A stretch of DNA of 64,000 nucleotides from Callorhinchus milii (Eukaryota): the NCBI RefSeq assembly GCF_018977255.1, contig NW_024704743.1, forward strand, positions 1,054,001 through 1,118,000, written 5' to 3'. The position numbers and the translations under genes are program-made. The notes under the pieces were generated by a model, which worked only from the letters and a program-made list of their open reading frames with translations, searched no databases and was not told where the DNA came from. Numbering within the stretch: position 1 is the first letter of the stretch; the number at the start of each line of letters is the position of its first letter. Positions 13,662-28,117 of the stretch are shown here, piece by piece.

Positions 13662-14062
13662 TGGAGTCCTGCAGCTCAGTGGTTAGAGCGCTCGCCTCGC
13701 AAGCGAGAGGACCTGGGTTTGATTCCCGGGCAGAGCGAAACTTTGGGCAAGTTTCCTTACTCCGCACTCCTCTGTTCGCCTAGCAGTAAGCAGGAACCCG
13801 GTTGTCAGTCGATTGGCGGATCGCAACTTCGGGGATGATAATCCCTTCAAAACATTTTTTAAAATAATAATTTGGTCATTTGTGGGACACTGTTGCTGTA
13901 CGCAATTGGCTGCCACGTTTCGCCGATAACTTATACAGACAATTTACTTTACAGTATATCCTATATCAAATGCAAGGATTATTATTATATTATCCTGTGA
14001 AGCGCTTTGAGACGTCTCAAAGATGTAATACTGCGCTATATCAAATGGAAGGATTATTATTA
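13662..14062 (+). mobile_element. tRNA-headed SINE with a duplicated 3' end
   Basis: cagctcagtggttagagcg...gggtttgattccc head; the terminal motif atatcaaatg(c/g)aaggattattat occurs twice. Confidence 0.85.
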
Positions 14063-15929
14063 TAAATCCTTTCAGTATGAACTTTACACAATGTGGCTTT
14101 ATACCCTTTGACTTAACTTCTCCTTGTCCAGATGGACGTTAAAGATCCCATGAAATTATTCCAAAGAAAAGGGAATTTCTCCCAACAATCCTCCAGATTA
14201 ACTGCACATTCACTTGGGCAGAAATGTACTGGGGCTTGACAATTCAGATGAGTAGGGTCTATTTTAGAATGGCCAGCTGGGTCTGACACATGTGGAAACC
14301 CTTCACCATGCTTAAGAGTCTCCAAAACAGACTGTGAGTTTCACCATGTGCATACCATCCAAGCAGGAAAACTTTCCTGTGTCTGAAATGGAATACAGAG
14401 CCCCTCCCTGGAGGGACCCACCCACCCACCCACCCACCCCGCCAACCTAATTATAGAAAATAATCAGCACAAACTGCAGATTCTCACGGCTCAGGAGCCA
14501 GACACTCATTGCATATCCGCAGACACCAACCTCGACATCCATTTACTTAGCGCCCCTCATGCAGAGTAGCGTGCCAGAGCCTTTGATTGACTCAATTCTG
14601 CTTATTCCAGCCAAGCACGACACCTTGGAGCCAATTCAGTTCCAATTCAGACCCCCACTCCTCCTTCCAACAACAAGTTACATTTGTATAGCGCCTTTCG
14701 CTTGGAGGATAGACATTTATTTGAATTGACAGGCTGTAGGATTCTCATCTCGGAGGACTTCCTGCCTGAGTTCCCTGAAGTCCTTCGCTAGCTCTGATCT
14801 CATTAGATAATAATCCTTGCATTTGATACAGTGCTTTTCACATCCTCGAGACGTCTCAAAGCACTTCACAGAATATTCTGTAAAGTGAATTGAGTGTATT
14901 TGTCGGCGAAATGCAGCAGCCAATTGCGCACAGTAAGGTCCACAAACAATCATGGATTTTTTTTTAAGTTTAGTTCAAACACATAGTTCTCCAAGGGTGT
15001 GGACTATAGCTTTGAAGCTGTTCCTTGACAAACTCCGCTGTTTGAATTTAAAAATGCTCGTTCGGAAATAACTATCCCTCAGTAAGTGAGAGAAGTCCAG
15101 AGCCTAATTCTGTTTGCACTGTCCGAATAATTGGTTTCTAAGCTTGTAACATTACACTTTTTAATATTAATATTAGTTTCTTATTGTAAATGGCTCTCTC
15201 TCTGGATAGGGCGAATGGGATTCAGAATGAGGATTCGTAGCTTGAACCAGACAGATAGATCCAGTATCTGCTTGAAAGCGCAGTGATGGCTTACAATGGC
15301 AGACATTGGTGGCAGCTGCAAATGGGAGTTGAAACAAAGCCTTTCCTTGTTCCGCCTGCCTGACCCCAGCAGGGGGAACAAGGGGGAACGCAGTTAGATG
15401 GTAGCTAACCACACGTACTTGCCTTCAGTTATAATTATGCAGCATGTTTGTGAGACATGCAGTGCACAAATTACTTTAAAATAACATTCGACAGCCTCCC
15501 TTAAATTTATATGAGCAACAACTACTTTACAAAGAATGTACAGCATGGAAACAGGCCACTTGTCCCAAACAGTTCGGTGGCTGATGGCCACACAACCCAC
15601 AGATTGGCCACCAATGATCTACACTATCGGAGTCAACCACTGCTTCAGGCAGCGAGTTCCACAATGTCACTACTGTGTGAAACTCTCTAGTTGCTGTTTT
15701 ATTCTTGTGTCCCTTGGTTACAGACTCCCTATCCAGTGGAAACTTCTTTATATATATTATATATATATCTTGGGCGTTATATAAGTACTCATTAGTTTTA
15801 TTGTGTGAATGCATTTGCTTGTCATCCCAATAATAGTGAAATGACCTGATAATATTTGTATTATTGTTATTATTTATTATTATAATCTTACAAATATTTA
15901 TATGACACCATTCATTTGGATAACGTCTT

Positions 15930-16400
15930 AGGAGTCCTTCGGAGTTGGATGCCAAGCAAGGGAGAGTGGGGAGGTCAAAGACTTTTAATATGAGACTTAA
16001 AGACAGAGAGAGGGAGCCAGGCAGAAGGATAGAGGGAGATCCAGAGGTCAGAGGTTCCAGCATAGGTGGGTGGCTGAGGCTAGAGGGCTCTCAGCAACCC
16101 CCCCAAATCTATCTACAGCTCATCTCTTTAAGGTCAGGTGAGCTGTAGAGAGATGGCCTACCTTCAAGGGTGGCCACCCTCGTCCTCCCCATTATACAGG
16201 CTCCAGAGCACGGTGAGGAAGGTGAGGGTGGCCATCTGTGATGCTGGCACAGAGGCTGTGCCTATCTCAAAGGAGACCAACCACTCAGCCTCCACTCCGC
16301 CCACAAAAAATAATATTTTCACCCACCGCCTATGGATTCCAGAGGTTAGGGATGCAGTGACTGAAGGCTCTATGGAAGGGAAGATGAAGGAAATAATCAT
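15930..16400 (-). mobile_element. L2-like LINE fragment
   Basis: Purine-rich plus strand resembling other L2 pieces in the window (about 1885-2310, 3780-4085, 62320-62580). Confidence 0.6.
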
Positions 16401-16454
16401 AATTGACAAGCCAAATTTAGACAACTATTTTAGTTCAGAAATCCGTGCCCTTAC

Positions 16455-16724
16455 CTGTGATTTTCAAATCAAAGGTCATAATGTCGTCTCCGCATTTGCA
16501 CGTGTATGTGCCCTCGTCCTCTTTCTGGGCAGCAGAGATGATTAATCGATGTTCCTTTCCTTTGCTCTCCACGGTAAATGTTTTCAACGGCTTGACTTCC
16601 TTCCCATTCTTGTACCACTGCACTTTAGCGTGGATGTCATTCGTCTCAGCTGCAAGCTCTGCCAACACTCCACAGGCAGCAGTGACAACACGTTTCGATT
16701 TCTCTTTGTTGACAAATCGAAATT
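16455..16724 (-). CDS. OBSCN: Obscurin Ig exon (270 bp)
   Basis: EFRFVNKEK...VQWYKNGKEV...DEGTYTCKCGDDIMTFDLKIT; GTAAGG donor. The acceptor is an AAG, the first AG after the pyrimidine tract, and it is in the correct phase. Confidence 0.88.
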
Positions 16725-17543
16725 CTTTGTTCACCGATCGAGAGAGACATTGACGGGAACAATAAATCAAAAACATCAGGTATAAATTATTTGAAAAAAA
16801 ACATATACGACAACAACTTGCATTATATAGCGCCCTTCACGTGGGGGCAGTGTCTCACAGCGCTTAATGGTGGCAGAGCCTGATGCCAAGCCGGAGGGGG
16901 GGGGGGGGGATGGCGGAGATGTTTGCACGCACGATCGAAAAGAAAGGTGATTTAAAAGAGGGAAGAAAGGGGGAGGGATTGGGGAGAGAGTTTCATAGTT
17001 ATTATTTCAAGATGTTACCAATTAGTCAATTGGCGGATCGCTTTTCTGGGGGTAATAATTGCTTCCAAAAAAAAAAAATGGATCCCTCAATCCACAACCG
17101 TTTGTGGGACACTGCTGTGTCCAATTGGCTTTGTATTTCACCCACAAAGTATATAGTCAATTCATATACAGTATATTCTGTGAAGAGCTTTGAGATGTCT
17201 CATCGACGGGACAAGGCGCTATATCAAATGCAAGGATTATTATTATTAATAATAATCACAAATTGGAAAAAGCACAAAACACAATTCTCACCATATTTCA
17301 GCCCTAATTGAACATCAATTTGACTGCGTCTAACTTTAGTCTGTAAGTAAGTAAGTGTATGTGGCACGGGGGGGGGGGGGGGGGGAGGGGGTTTAGCTTC
17401 CTATAAATAATAGCTAATGACAAACCGTTGAACGTTTTAGTGCGGCTGTCACTGAAACCTTTGGTTATAACTAGCACTGCAACTGAAACTATTGATTTAG
17501 ATGAACATGCACATTCACCAATAACACTTAGTATCATACACAC

Positions 17544-17825
17544 CCTCTACACGGAGCTGGAATGGCATTTTATCACCGTCACAAACACATTCGTAAATCC
17601 CCTCGTCCTCTCGGCTTACATCGTTGACCTTCAGGAAGCGCCGCTGTTCCACGGTCTGGAATACATACTTTTTGCTCGACTTGATCTCCTTGCCATCCCT
17701 TCTCCAAATTACCTTCACAGATGAGTCAGAAACCTCAGCAACAAACTGCGCTGTGCCTTGCTGTGAAGCAGACACAATCTCCTTCTCCGCTGACTGTTTT
17801 TTGAATCTTGGCACAACTGGCAAAG
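17544..17825 (-). CDS. OBSCN: Obscurin Ig exon (282 bp)
   Basis: LPVVPRF...VIWRRDGKEIKSSKKY...DEGIYECVC...FQLRVE; tttacag acceptor, weaker GTGTGT donor. Confidence 0.9.
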
Positions 17826-18381
17826 CTGTAAAAACACATACATTTCAGTGCGTTTTAAGCTGTCACGTTTTACATTCCACTCCCTCCCATGCCAATTAAG
17901 AATGCGGAAAGCCAAACTGAGTCCTTAAATACATCATGGTCTTTAGCCTTCTGACTAATTTCTTTGCATTGACTGTGCAAAACGTTGGACATTTCTTCTT
18001 AATTTTCAGAAGAATTTTCTTAGTCCTTCAGACACTATGGAAAACCAACTTCTAAGTTAATAATAATAATAATCCTTGCATTTGATATAGCGCCTAATCA
18101 CATCGTTCAGATGTCACTTCACAGAATATACTGTAAAGTGAATTGACTGTATACTTTGCGGGCGAAACGCAGCAGCCAATTGTGCACAGCAGTGTCCCAA
18201 AAACAGTCGTGGATTGAGTGACCAAACTTTTTTGGGGGGGGGGATTATTATCCACGGAAAGCAATCCACCATTCGATTAACAACCGGGTTCCTACTTCCT
18301 GCTCAGTAAACAGAAGCGTGTGGAGTAGCAGAACTGTAATTGGCAAGGTGAACATCAGTGGCAACTAAAAACAACGCTCAC

Positions 18382-18648
18382 CTTTCACTCGTAATCTCGC
18401 CAAGCTTTCAACACAGCTAGCCACAAACTTTACTTCCATTGAGTTGTCAATCGACCTCACTTTTTTAATGATCAACGTGTGGGTATTTTTAGTTCTCTGC
18501 ATGATGTGACTCTCACTGCTTTCTATAGCTTTTCCATTCAGGAACCACAGCCCAGGAGCAACTGTAGATAGTTCAATCGTGAAAGTGGCATCTTCACCCG
18601 CCGTGACTTCAACTTCTTGCAGAGGAGTTTTAATGGATGCTTTCGGTT
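18382..18648 (-). CDS. OBSCN: Obscurin Ig exon (267 bp), not in the ORF track
   Basis: Manual translation EPKASIKTPLQEVEVTAGEDATFTIELSTVAPGLWFLNG...THTLIIKKV...LARLRVK; taccag acceptor, GTGAGC donor; phase 1-1. Confidence 0.92.
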
Positions 18649-19215
18649 CTGGTAGAATAAAAGATAGAATTTAACATTAGGTACTTAAACTTAACTGTCA
18701 TCAGAAACTATTGACTTTATAAATGTGGTTATATTAAAAAAATCGCATCACTTTGGAGCCAAGGTCCTAAATGGGGCACGATACAGATGGAAATGCAGAA
18801 AACTACTTTGCGTCCCCACATTAAAATTTACATTAATGTAAGGGCTTTCACATCAGAAGGACAAAGTGCTTCACAAGGCTGACTGGGCACTAGAGCTGAG
18901 AGGTTGGTTGAAGAGAATAAAAAGGGGGAGGGAAAGATGAACTGAAAACGCAGTCTAAGTGACAAGCCTTAAGGTAGCCTTTAAAAGTGGGCTGGGGTCA
19001 AGTCCTAGAGGCTCCTTGATGGAGTTCCAGAGAGGAGGAGAAGAGGCACTAACTTCATTGTGTTTTGCTTATTCCAGCACTTTTTCAATCCTGCTAAGAA
19101 CAGAATTGGTGAGTGAAAATGAAATATTTAGCAAAGAACACATTGGTCGCAGCGATAAAGAGAAAAAGAAATACAGAAGACTCACTGTAAATATCATTCT
19201 TAATGTTTTACTTAC

Positions 19216-19518
19216 CGATACGAAAGGTTCCTGGCACTTCCAAGTACATGCTCTGGGAAAAGTTATTTATGGAGGAAATTCTGAACTGGTAATCGCCTCC
19301 TTCTGTCACGCCCCTCACTGTGAATTCTTGCACCACCACATTTTCTGAATGGCACCTTGTCCAGGTATTGCTTCCTATTTTCTTTTTCTCGATTATGTAG
19401 CCGGTCACAGGGACAGGAGGCTCGTCTTCAGGCAAGGACCAAGCTAAAGTGACAGATGTTTCCGTTTCTTCTTTGACCACAGGGTTGACTGGGGAATACG
19501 GTGGAACTTTTCTTGCAG
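19216..19518 (-). CDS. OBSCN: Obscurin fibronectin type III exon (303 bp)
   Basis: PPYSPVNP...SVTLAWSLP...GYIIEKK...WTRC...YQFRISSIN FN3 signature; ctctctag acceptor, GTAAGT donor. Confidence 0.95.
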
Positions 19519-21249
19519 CTAGAGAGAAGCACAAAACAATACTGCTTGTGAGCGCTTGTCTAATGGAGTTTAGCTGAAGTTTGAAGTGAATGAAATGTTA
19601 TCAAATCCTATAAATCCTCACTTAAATCCACTGCAATAACCTTTGTGTTGAAAGTCAGGGAACAGCTTTGCTTCCAAACTTTTATCATCTCCATCCCTGC
19701 ATTTCACAATATAATATTATTAATAATTGCATTTGATATAGCGCCTTATCAAGACGTTGAGATGTCGCAAAGCGTTTCACAGAATATACTGCAAAGTGGA
19801 TTGACTATATATTTTGTGGGCGAAACTCGGAAGCCAATTGCACACAGCATTGTCTCACAAATAGTCGTGAATTGAATGACCAATTTTTTTAATATATGTA
19901 TAAAAGGGTTTAAAACACCCGGAAAAGCGATCCGCCAATCGACTAACAACCAGGATTGAAGAGCCCAGAAATAATACTAAGAAGTGTCCTACTGCTTCCA
20001 ACAAAGATTACTAAATAGCTTCTAACAGCTGCCAATGTTTTAAGAACCTGTGCAAAGGACAGGGGTATCGGGGAAAGGGTTGCTCTTAAAAGAGCCATCA
20101 CGGACACATTGGCCCGAATGGCCTTCTTCAGTGCTGTAAATTCCAATGTTCTATTCAATGAGGAAATCTGAGCCAGTTCTTTACCGTTACAACAAAAATG
20201 AGGAAAAAGGAAATCCTGACCATTTTCCAGACCACTGCTGCACATACTGAGATGTTTCTGCCTTATAATCACCTGGGTGCAACTTCACTGGGTTTGAATC
20301 ATTAATCCCAGAAGTGCTCAGAATCCAGTGTATACGATATTACACCATATTGTCAAGAGTTGGCATTTGTGGAATTTCTGATTTTATAAAGGAATATTTG
20401 CAAAACATTTCTGTGTGTTTGTGGGACGCTGCTGTGTGCAATTGGCTGCCACCTTCCGGCCACAAAATATACAGTAAATTCATTTCGTTCCTAGGAATTC
20501 GTTCCTATTGATCTATTTAATCAAATTACCCAACCGCAAACATGCACTCTTCTCTTTGGTTGCGTGAGATAGTGAGTACGTGCACATCAACCACATATTG
20601 CAGGTTGACTACGGATTTGTCCGTCCACTAGATCTCTCAGGAAATGCATATCAATTTGCATGATCCTTCTCCAAGACGTTACTAGCTCCAGTTCTCTGGA
20701 CATGTCATTTGGTGGTTCTTCTTTCAAGTTGTTGACAACACCAAGTATCTTGGTGATACTTTGACCTATTGGTGGAGAGACACATGGACGTGTATGGAAA
20801 TAGTAACACGCTCATCATAAAGCTTAGCAAGTGTGAAGACAGGGCTATGATTTCAGAGACTTTTTCCTCAGATGTACATGGTTAATCTGTACGATCATTT
20901 CCCACCTATCAGCTGGAGGTTTAGCAGTTTCATTCTCGATGAGGCCAAAATCAAACGCAGCTGAAACACTGGACCATGTGTTCATCACCTCATTTTTCGA
21001 CATCCCAAGGTGATGGACAGTCAGGGATTTGGACCCAAGTTTGGAATCAGGAGGGGCGTAGGAGGGTGCCTGAAAGTGCAGTCGAAGAGAAGGTTCTTGA
21101 GACGGGCCTTAAAGGAGGCTAGGGAGGGATTGAGACGAAGGAACTGTGGGATGGAGTTCCAAATACTAAACCTGTTCTCTTCTGCCCATACCAATAGACC
21201 TAAATTACAGACATATTTAAGAACATGTACAAAATAAGCCGGAACTCAC

Positions 21250-21510
21250 TGGTTAGGTTGAACTGGGTTGATGTTCTGGAGTCATCGGCCAAAAGTGTTA
21301 TTTCTCCTATGTCTTCCCATTTGCATTCGCGAATCGTAAGGACGTGCCGCATGCCAGATACAGTGATGGTTGTTCTATCATTTGGTTTCAGTTCTTGTCC
21401 ATTCTTTGTCCACGTGATGTTCTTACAGCTGTGACTCAATTCCACACAGAAAATAGCAGTATCGTTTTCTGCCACTACAGTTTTCCTTGGCAGTTTCTTA
21501 ACAATGTTAC
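21250..21510 (-). CDS. OBSCN: Obscurin Ig5 exon (261 bp)
   Basis: NIVKKLPRKTVVAENDTAIFCVEL...DSRTSTQFNLT; ctgcag acceptor, GTGAGT donor. Confidence 0.93.
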
Positions 21511-21689
21511 CTGCAGGAAGAAATAAGTGAAGAAAGAAAGCTTAAACAACCTTTTACTATAACTTAAAGATGAACCTAAACATTTCTTACTGTTATAGAT
21601 GTAAAGTGTCTATACCCAATAGGAAACTATGGGACATTAGACTATCTCTTAATTACATGATACTCAAGAGTTCTTGGTTAATTATCCTC

Positions 21690-22050
21690 CCCTGTTTTCT
21701 CCCCCTGCCCGCCTCCACCCCTCCACACCAACTGCCTCAATCCTAACCTCTGACACCAAATGTGAAGAGGTCATGGACTTCTTCATGAATAAAATTAATA
21801 AAATCCAGCTGACCACATCCTCCTTCTCTATCCACCTCTCCCCCTGCCTTCTCCATGCCTTCCCCCACCACCCCTGACTTACACATTTTACCCACATCCA
21901 TCCCACATCCTTGTTCACCCTCATAGCTACGTGAAACCCACCACCTCTTCCCCACCCAGCTTCTGACCACTCAACTGCCTCTCCTCTTCACCCTGCTGGG
22001 AGGTTTAGTCAACATCCCTCTCTTTGGGCACTTGTACTCCTCCCCTTCAA
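21690..22050 (+). mobile_element. L2-like LINE internal fragment
   Basis: CEEVMDFFMNKINKI motif, C-rich strand bias. Confidence 0.65.
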
Positions 22051-22174
22051 AAACACACACATGCACAGACAGACACAGACAGACACAGACAAAGAATATT
22101 TGACTGGCAATTTGGATCACTTTAAACTACGTAGCTTTAGAACACCACTGATCGTTTGAAGATATCCACTCTAC

Positions 22175-22444
22175 CTTTTACAGTCAATTCTCCAACGGTT
22201 CTGCTGCCTTCTTTCATTTCACAGACATAAACAGCATCGTCATCAGTAGTAACATTTTGGATCATAAGTTTTCTAAGGGTGCCTTCCTCTTCCATGGAGT
22301 ATTTTGTGCTCTCTGCTATCTGAGTCTCCTCCAGAAACCAACTGGTTTGTGTGTCAGAAACAGGAACTTCACACTGAAGGGTGGCCATTTCTTTCTCTAC
22401 AACTTCAACATCCTGTAGTTTGGTTTTAAAAGGTAACTTGGGTT
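22175..22444 (-). CDS. OBSCN: Obscurin Ig4 exon (270 bp, phase 1-1)
   Basis: EPKLPFKTKLQDVEVVEKEMATLQCEVP...DDDAVYVCEMKEGSRTVGELTVK; tttcag acceptor, GTAG donor. Confidence 0.95.
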
Positions 22445-25400
22445 CTGAAACAGAAATGAAATCTTTTAGCAAAATAGATCACCATCCCCCCCCGCCCCCA
22501 CACCCCATACACACATTTTGAATCGCTCTGAAATGACTTTCAGTTTAGCAGAAGCTAGAAAATGGATACCATACAATTTAGAATAGAACTTGTATTTATA
22601 TAGCACCTTTCCCATCGGAAATTATGCAAAAATTATGGTTAAACAACCGTTACATCCCAGCCACTCCTCACGCTCAGCAAACACTGGCCTGCTTCATCTC
22701 CCCCGGAACTCCATCCCACCGTCCCTTCGTCTTGCCCCCCTCCTTTCTTCTTCAACTGTGCCTTTGCTCAACCTCCTACCCTCACCTTCTCTGCCCTCCA
22801 CCCCTCCTGATCCCAACCCACAGCTCAGATGCACATCCTTGACTATCCAGTGCCTTGGGACGTCCTTCTGACGTGAAAGGCGCTGGACAAATGTAATTCT
22901 TGTTGACTCCCAAGTCTGCAAAGCCTAGCAAGTGAGAAACAAGAGGTCTTTTTGATATCTAGATTTTTTGGGGAGGGACTTCAGAATTAATACAACAGAT
23001 TTGATTTGCAAATTATGCTATTATAAACGACTAAATTAATCGAATATGAAAGTCACAAATACTGAATCACAGGTCACTTTGAGCAACCATAAATTTGTAC
23101 CATTATGCTACGATAAAGTGTAGCATCAGTGTCAATTTATCACGGCAATCCAATCTGTAAAAGAAATACATCTATGTACCATACCATGAGTTTACCATTA
23201 AATAAACTCTACCCATTTATTATCAAAGGGATTTTTTTTATGATTAAACGCTTAGTATTAACTATTCCAGATGTATGTCGTACATAGTGTTTTAAGTGCT
23301 TTGAGACGTTGCCCCACCTGAAAGGCGTTAGATTAATGCAAGTTGTTGTTGATTCTGCAGTGACAACTCTCTCTCTATCTCCTTCATTGAAATCCAAACT
23401 AGATTATTCCAATACCCGGCTTGCCAAGAACTGTCAATCCCTCAAGAACTGCCACAGAACATCTGGAACTCTGTTGCCCGTATTCTCTCCGCAGGCAGGA
23501 ATGTGAGCTTATAACCTTCAACCTTGCCCTGCACCTCTAATAATAATAATCCTTGCATTTGATATAGCACTTTTCACGTCGGGAGGACGTCCCGAAGCGC
23601 TGGCTGCCTATCACCCTCGTCCTCGCTTGGCTCAACTGGCTCCCTATCCCTAGGGGATTGAATTCAAGATCCTTATCCTCATGTTCAAATAGAAGAGAGG
23701 TAGAGGGAAGATAAAGTGAAAGAAGTAAACTTCTAGAAGAGTTTAGAAGACAGGTTGAATGACATTTTTGTCCCATGAAGTAATGATTTGCCATCCACTC
23801 TCAACTTCCTAATGACCCCGCATGTTTCGCCCACAAATATACAGTCAATTCACTTTACAGTCTATTCTGTGAAGCGCTTTGAGACGTCGAGAAGACGTGA
23901 AAAGTGCTCTATCAAATGCAAGGATTATTATTATTAAGTTAAATTGCTCAAGCAATAGATTTAGGACCAGAAAGAAACATGAACAGGAAGACTCCACCTC
24001 AGACTCCTTAATCTGGACTAGATGTAAGAAGACACAAGTGGTCTGCAGTTGACCAGCCTCTTCAGGAGATGTAAGCATATCCTCCTCTCTGTAAGCCAAA
24101 GTCCTAACGAGTAAGAGCAGTCCTAGTGTGAAAACACACCAGTGTTTTGTTGCATGGTTACTGGTTTCTTAAAATATATTTTTCCCTATTTACTGCTGAC
24201 GCTAAACTGAAGCTGTCCTTAACGTCATTCATTTCTTCTTTTAAACCGTGAACAGGTGGAGTCCTGACCTCAGTGGGGAAGCTGGAAGGGTGAACTGATA
24301 TAGTTTGAGGCAATCCATATCAACTACTTTATATTAACACTCACTTATTTTTAGAATCTGGACATGTTATTAATATTAATTAGTTGACGAGGGAAAAACC
24401 CTCATTTAGGATTTGTAAAGCTAATTCTTTCCTTAAAACTGTCTGAGATTTCACATCATCATTTACCACCTGTCAGCCTTTAGTTAATTTAGTTAATACA
24501 GGGGATTGACTGTCAGGCTCAATCACAAACCAGGAGTTCCTTTTGTCATCAGCCACATTTAGTACGTTGCATATGCACTGTCCTCTCGCCTCCTCTCAAC
24601 CAAGGTCAATTGGCACACAAAGTCCCATACTGTTTGGATTCAGTTTAATAGTTTCATGCATTGTTAACTAGTAAGCCATCATAACAGCGGTCAGCAACAG
24701 TCACACTTTAACTGCCAATATAGACTGCCGACAACTTGCACTTATATAGTTCTCTTCGTGCAGGGCAGCATCCCAGAGCTGTTGGACCACGAGTTGAAGT
24801 GCTTGAACATTGAGGGCACGTGAAAGATATACAGATGTTTTTTTTTTAAAAACTCAAGCATGCTGTATGTTTACTCGACCGAAGCTACCTCAATGTTTCT
24901 CTTTGCATCACTATAATCTGGCAAATGTGCACCTTTCACTATAGTATTCTATTCCAGTTCAGTAAACAGTTTTGGTAAAATAGTCGCCAGGTACAAATAT
25001 TAACAAATGTGTTGCATCAGTCTACGGTAACAAGACTAGAGTTATCAAGGCTTCAGTCATACTACTGGAAGTTATTTGAAACTGGTTCCAGAATAGTAGA
25101 TTCCATACAAAAACAGCATTTATATTTCGCTCTCTGAAATCCTATTTGTCAGATACTATACTGAGGAAAGTTCTATGGACAGATTTCTGCAAAGACCAAT
25201 TTTTCAAGATTATTTATATAGCGCCTTTCACAGCCTCTCAATATAAATTTGTTGTTGTTGTTAAATAGCCGGGGGAGAGACAGTAGTCTCTTCCACAACA
25301 TTATCAATAAAAAATAGCTAACCCCAGATCCACGCTACATGGTTGATGCCCTCTGAATTGCCCAACCAAGGCAGTCAGTTACAATCTTTTCTGGCCGGCG

Positions 25401-28117
25401 GGGCGGGGGAGCACTGAATAATGGAAAAATACAACTCAAATATGAGTATCTTAATGTGGAAGTGGAGTTTTTGAAGTGTTCAATATGATCTGTGAAATTT
25501 TGAGTTCCAAATTAAGGATTAATTAAAAGTTAACAGCTTAACACCGTTTTCCAAAATTCTGGACAATCTTAAATCTCAAGACAAGGGCCCAAATCCCTGT
25601 GCGCGATCGGGTCCGAGATTCTCTGTGCAGAAACTTCTGTCCGGCTCCTCGTACTCCAACAAACTGGTGGAACAGCCATTCGCAGCACACTGAAACCCAG
25701 CTAAGCAACAAGATGTATACGAACTAAACAACTTGGACCATAGCTACAGAGTCAAAGGGAGACAGACATGCCTGCAAGGACCAGGCAGGTTAGAAACCAA
25801 AGAAAAAGTTCCTCCCGATGAGTGCAGAACTGCACATGACTATAAAGTCACACTTTTCCACCGCCAGCTCGTCTTTTTCTTAAAAAAAAGTTCAGTCTTG
25901 TGATTGTTTCACAAATTATACCACATCCATCGTATAACAGCAACAGCTTGCATTTATATTGCCTTTCACGCGGGGTAGCGTCCTGGAGCAATTAAATGTG
26001 CAGAAAGCGACATTGCCAGAGATCCAGTAACCTGGAAATCGGTCATTTTTTAGCACACAGGAAGCCAACGGGTACGCCTGCTGAAGTCAATCCTCAGGTC
26101 CGGAGGGCACCATTTAACAGTGTTCTCCTCATATAATCTACTGTATTATTGCATCATCAGAAATTTCATCCGTCGATGTCTCAGTTGACGCCTGGCATCA
26201 ACTGAAGGAACAAATACCGGTCTGAGATCACTTCAGTACCAGTTTGTATGGTACTGATGTAATGTTAGTGATGCAACAATTTGTACGACTTTGACTGTCT
26301 GACTGACTGAGAGATAGCATTGGACTTCTTTGAGATATGACTGTTAATAAATATCACATTGAATATCTCAATCTTCATCCTCAGATCTTGAAATAGCCCA
26401 TTGCTATTTTACTACTACTAACCTCCCTCAGCTCAACTCTCCCCGTCGAACACTTTTGCGAACTGTGTTCGCCTTTGTTCTGACTGAAAGTGTCTTTCTT
26501 GAAAAAGGTTTTGTTCGTTTTGCTCACTTAACAATGTGAATCACTCCGTCTTTAACAATCAGGCAGAACCTCACAGAAGGCAAGACCTAACATTTCTACT
26601 AACAGCCATCTCGTAACAACAGTCAAAATAACCGTAACAACAAATTATATTTGTATAGCGCCCTTCACATCGGGAGTAAATCTCAAGGCGCTGGTACCAC
26701 GCGGTATCGTACCACGTAGCTGGCTGAGGGCGAGGGTAACCGTTTCCCACGGTATCAGGCTACTCAATGTGAGAGGTCGTTGAGTGGTGAAGGTCAGTTT
26801 TTTTATATCCAATATTTTATTTACTGTGATGTGTAGTTTATACGTTATAAAATGTGATGAAATGAAGCTGGGGGGGGGTTTGCATCGAAAGCGGACAGGA
26901 TATTGACAGCATGTTGATATAATACAGGGTCTTATCATCAGGAGTTCACTGTATAAACATAAAAAATGCACCAGCTCATATCCTCAACAAAAACCCGGCT
27001 GTAAGAATTCAACCAATAAATATAAATGAGAATATTACAAAAGGAAATGATTCATAGAATCCTAAACATTTACAGTACAGGAGGCTATTCGGTTCATCAA
27101 GTCTGCACCTGATCTTCGAGCAAGCTGTCAATTCAATCTGACTGTCCCACCCTATCCCCATACCCCTACAAACCTCTATCCTTGATAAGACCATCCAGCG
27201 CCCTGGGATGTATTTCCGCCGTGAAGAGCACAATACAAGTGTCAGGCTCCACCTGCTCCGTATCACAGATGGATCAACTTCAAGATGCTCACACTCGTCT
27301 NAAAAAATCTCTTCATGCCCTGGCACCTCCCTACCTCTCTGACCTGCTTATTCCCCAATCCCTCCCATATTCCTAATGGCTACTGTTATTGACTATTTGT
27401 ATCATACAAAGTCCAGAAAACAGTTGGAACAGACTTTCCTCAATCCTCATCAACTCTGCTCCACTGAGCTGGAACACATTGCCTTGGATCATATATTCAG
27501 TAACTTACTCAAAATTGGACTAGAAAGTTCTAGATTTACTTACTCAGCCTTTTTCTGTTGTAAACTCAGCAGCCAATTTGGGCATAGTGATGTCCCACAA
27601 ACAGTCACAGAGTGGGGAGTGGGGACTGAATGCTTTTTGGGGGGGGATTTATTGGCCAGGACACAGGGAGAGAGAAACTCCCTTCTGTTTTTGAATAGTG
27701 CCAAGGGATCTTTAGCGTCCACCTGAACAGGAGAACAGGGCCTCTGGTTTAACGTCTCATCCAAAGGACGGCACATGTGACAATACATCACAGCCCCGGC
27801 ATGACATTGGGGCGTCGGTTTAGACTGTATGATTCCAACTCCCGATTTGGTGCTTGGATCCACAACCTTCTGATTCAGAGGCGAGAGCACTACCGTGGCG
27901 CCAGCCGACCACTCAATGCGTGAATTATTATTATATTTGAATAATCTTTGCATGACGATATTGTGCATCGTCAATACGTTTCAAAGCATTTTAAACGGAG
28001 CGGCGGTGGGGGGGGGGGATGAGAGAGGAAAGAGCATCGCCTTATCACGTGGAGAGTGAAGTGGACCCTTCACCGCGTATTATGAATGGGAACCCCGCCC
28101 CTTCGTGTCATACCAGA

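Noticed and set aside
27301..27301. Single N base
   Set aside because: Assembly gap or ambiguity, not biology. Sequence may be missing from this obscurin intron.
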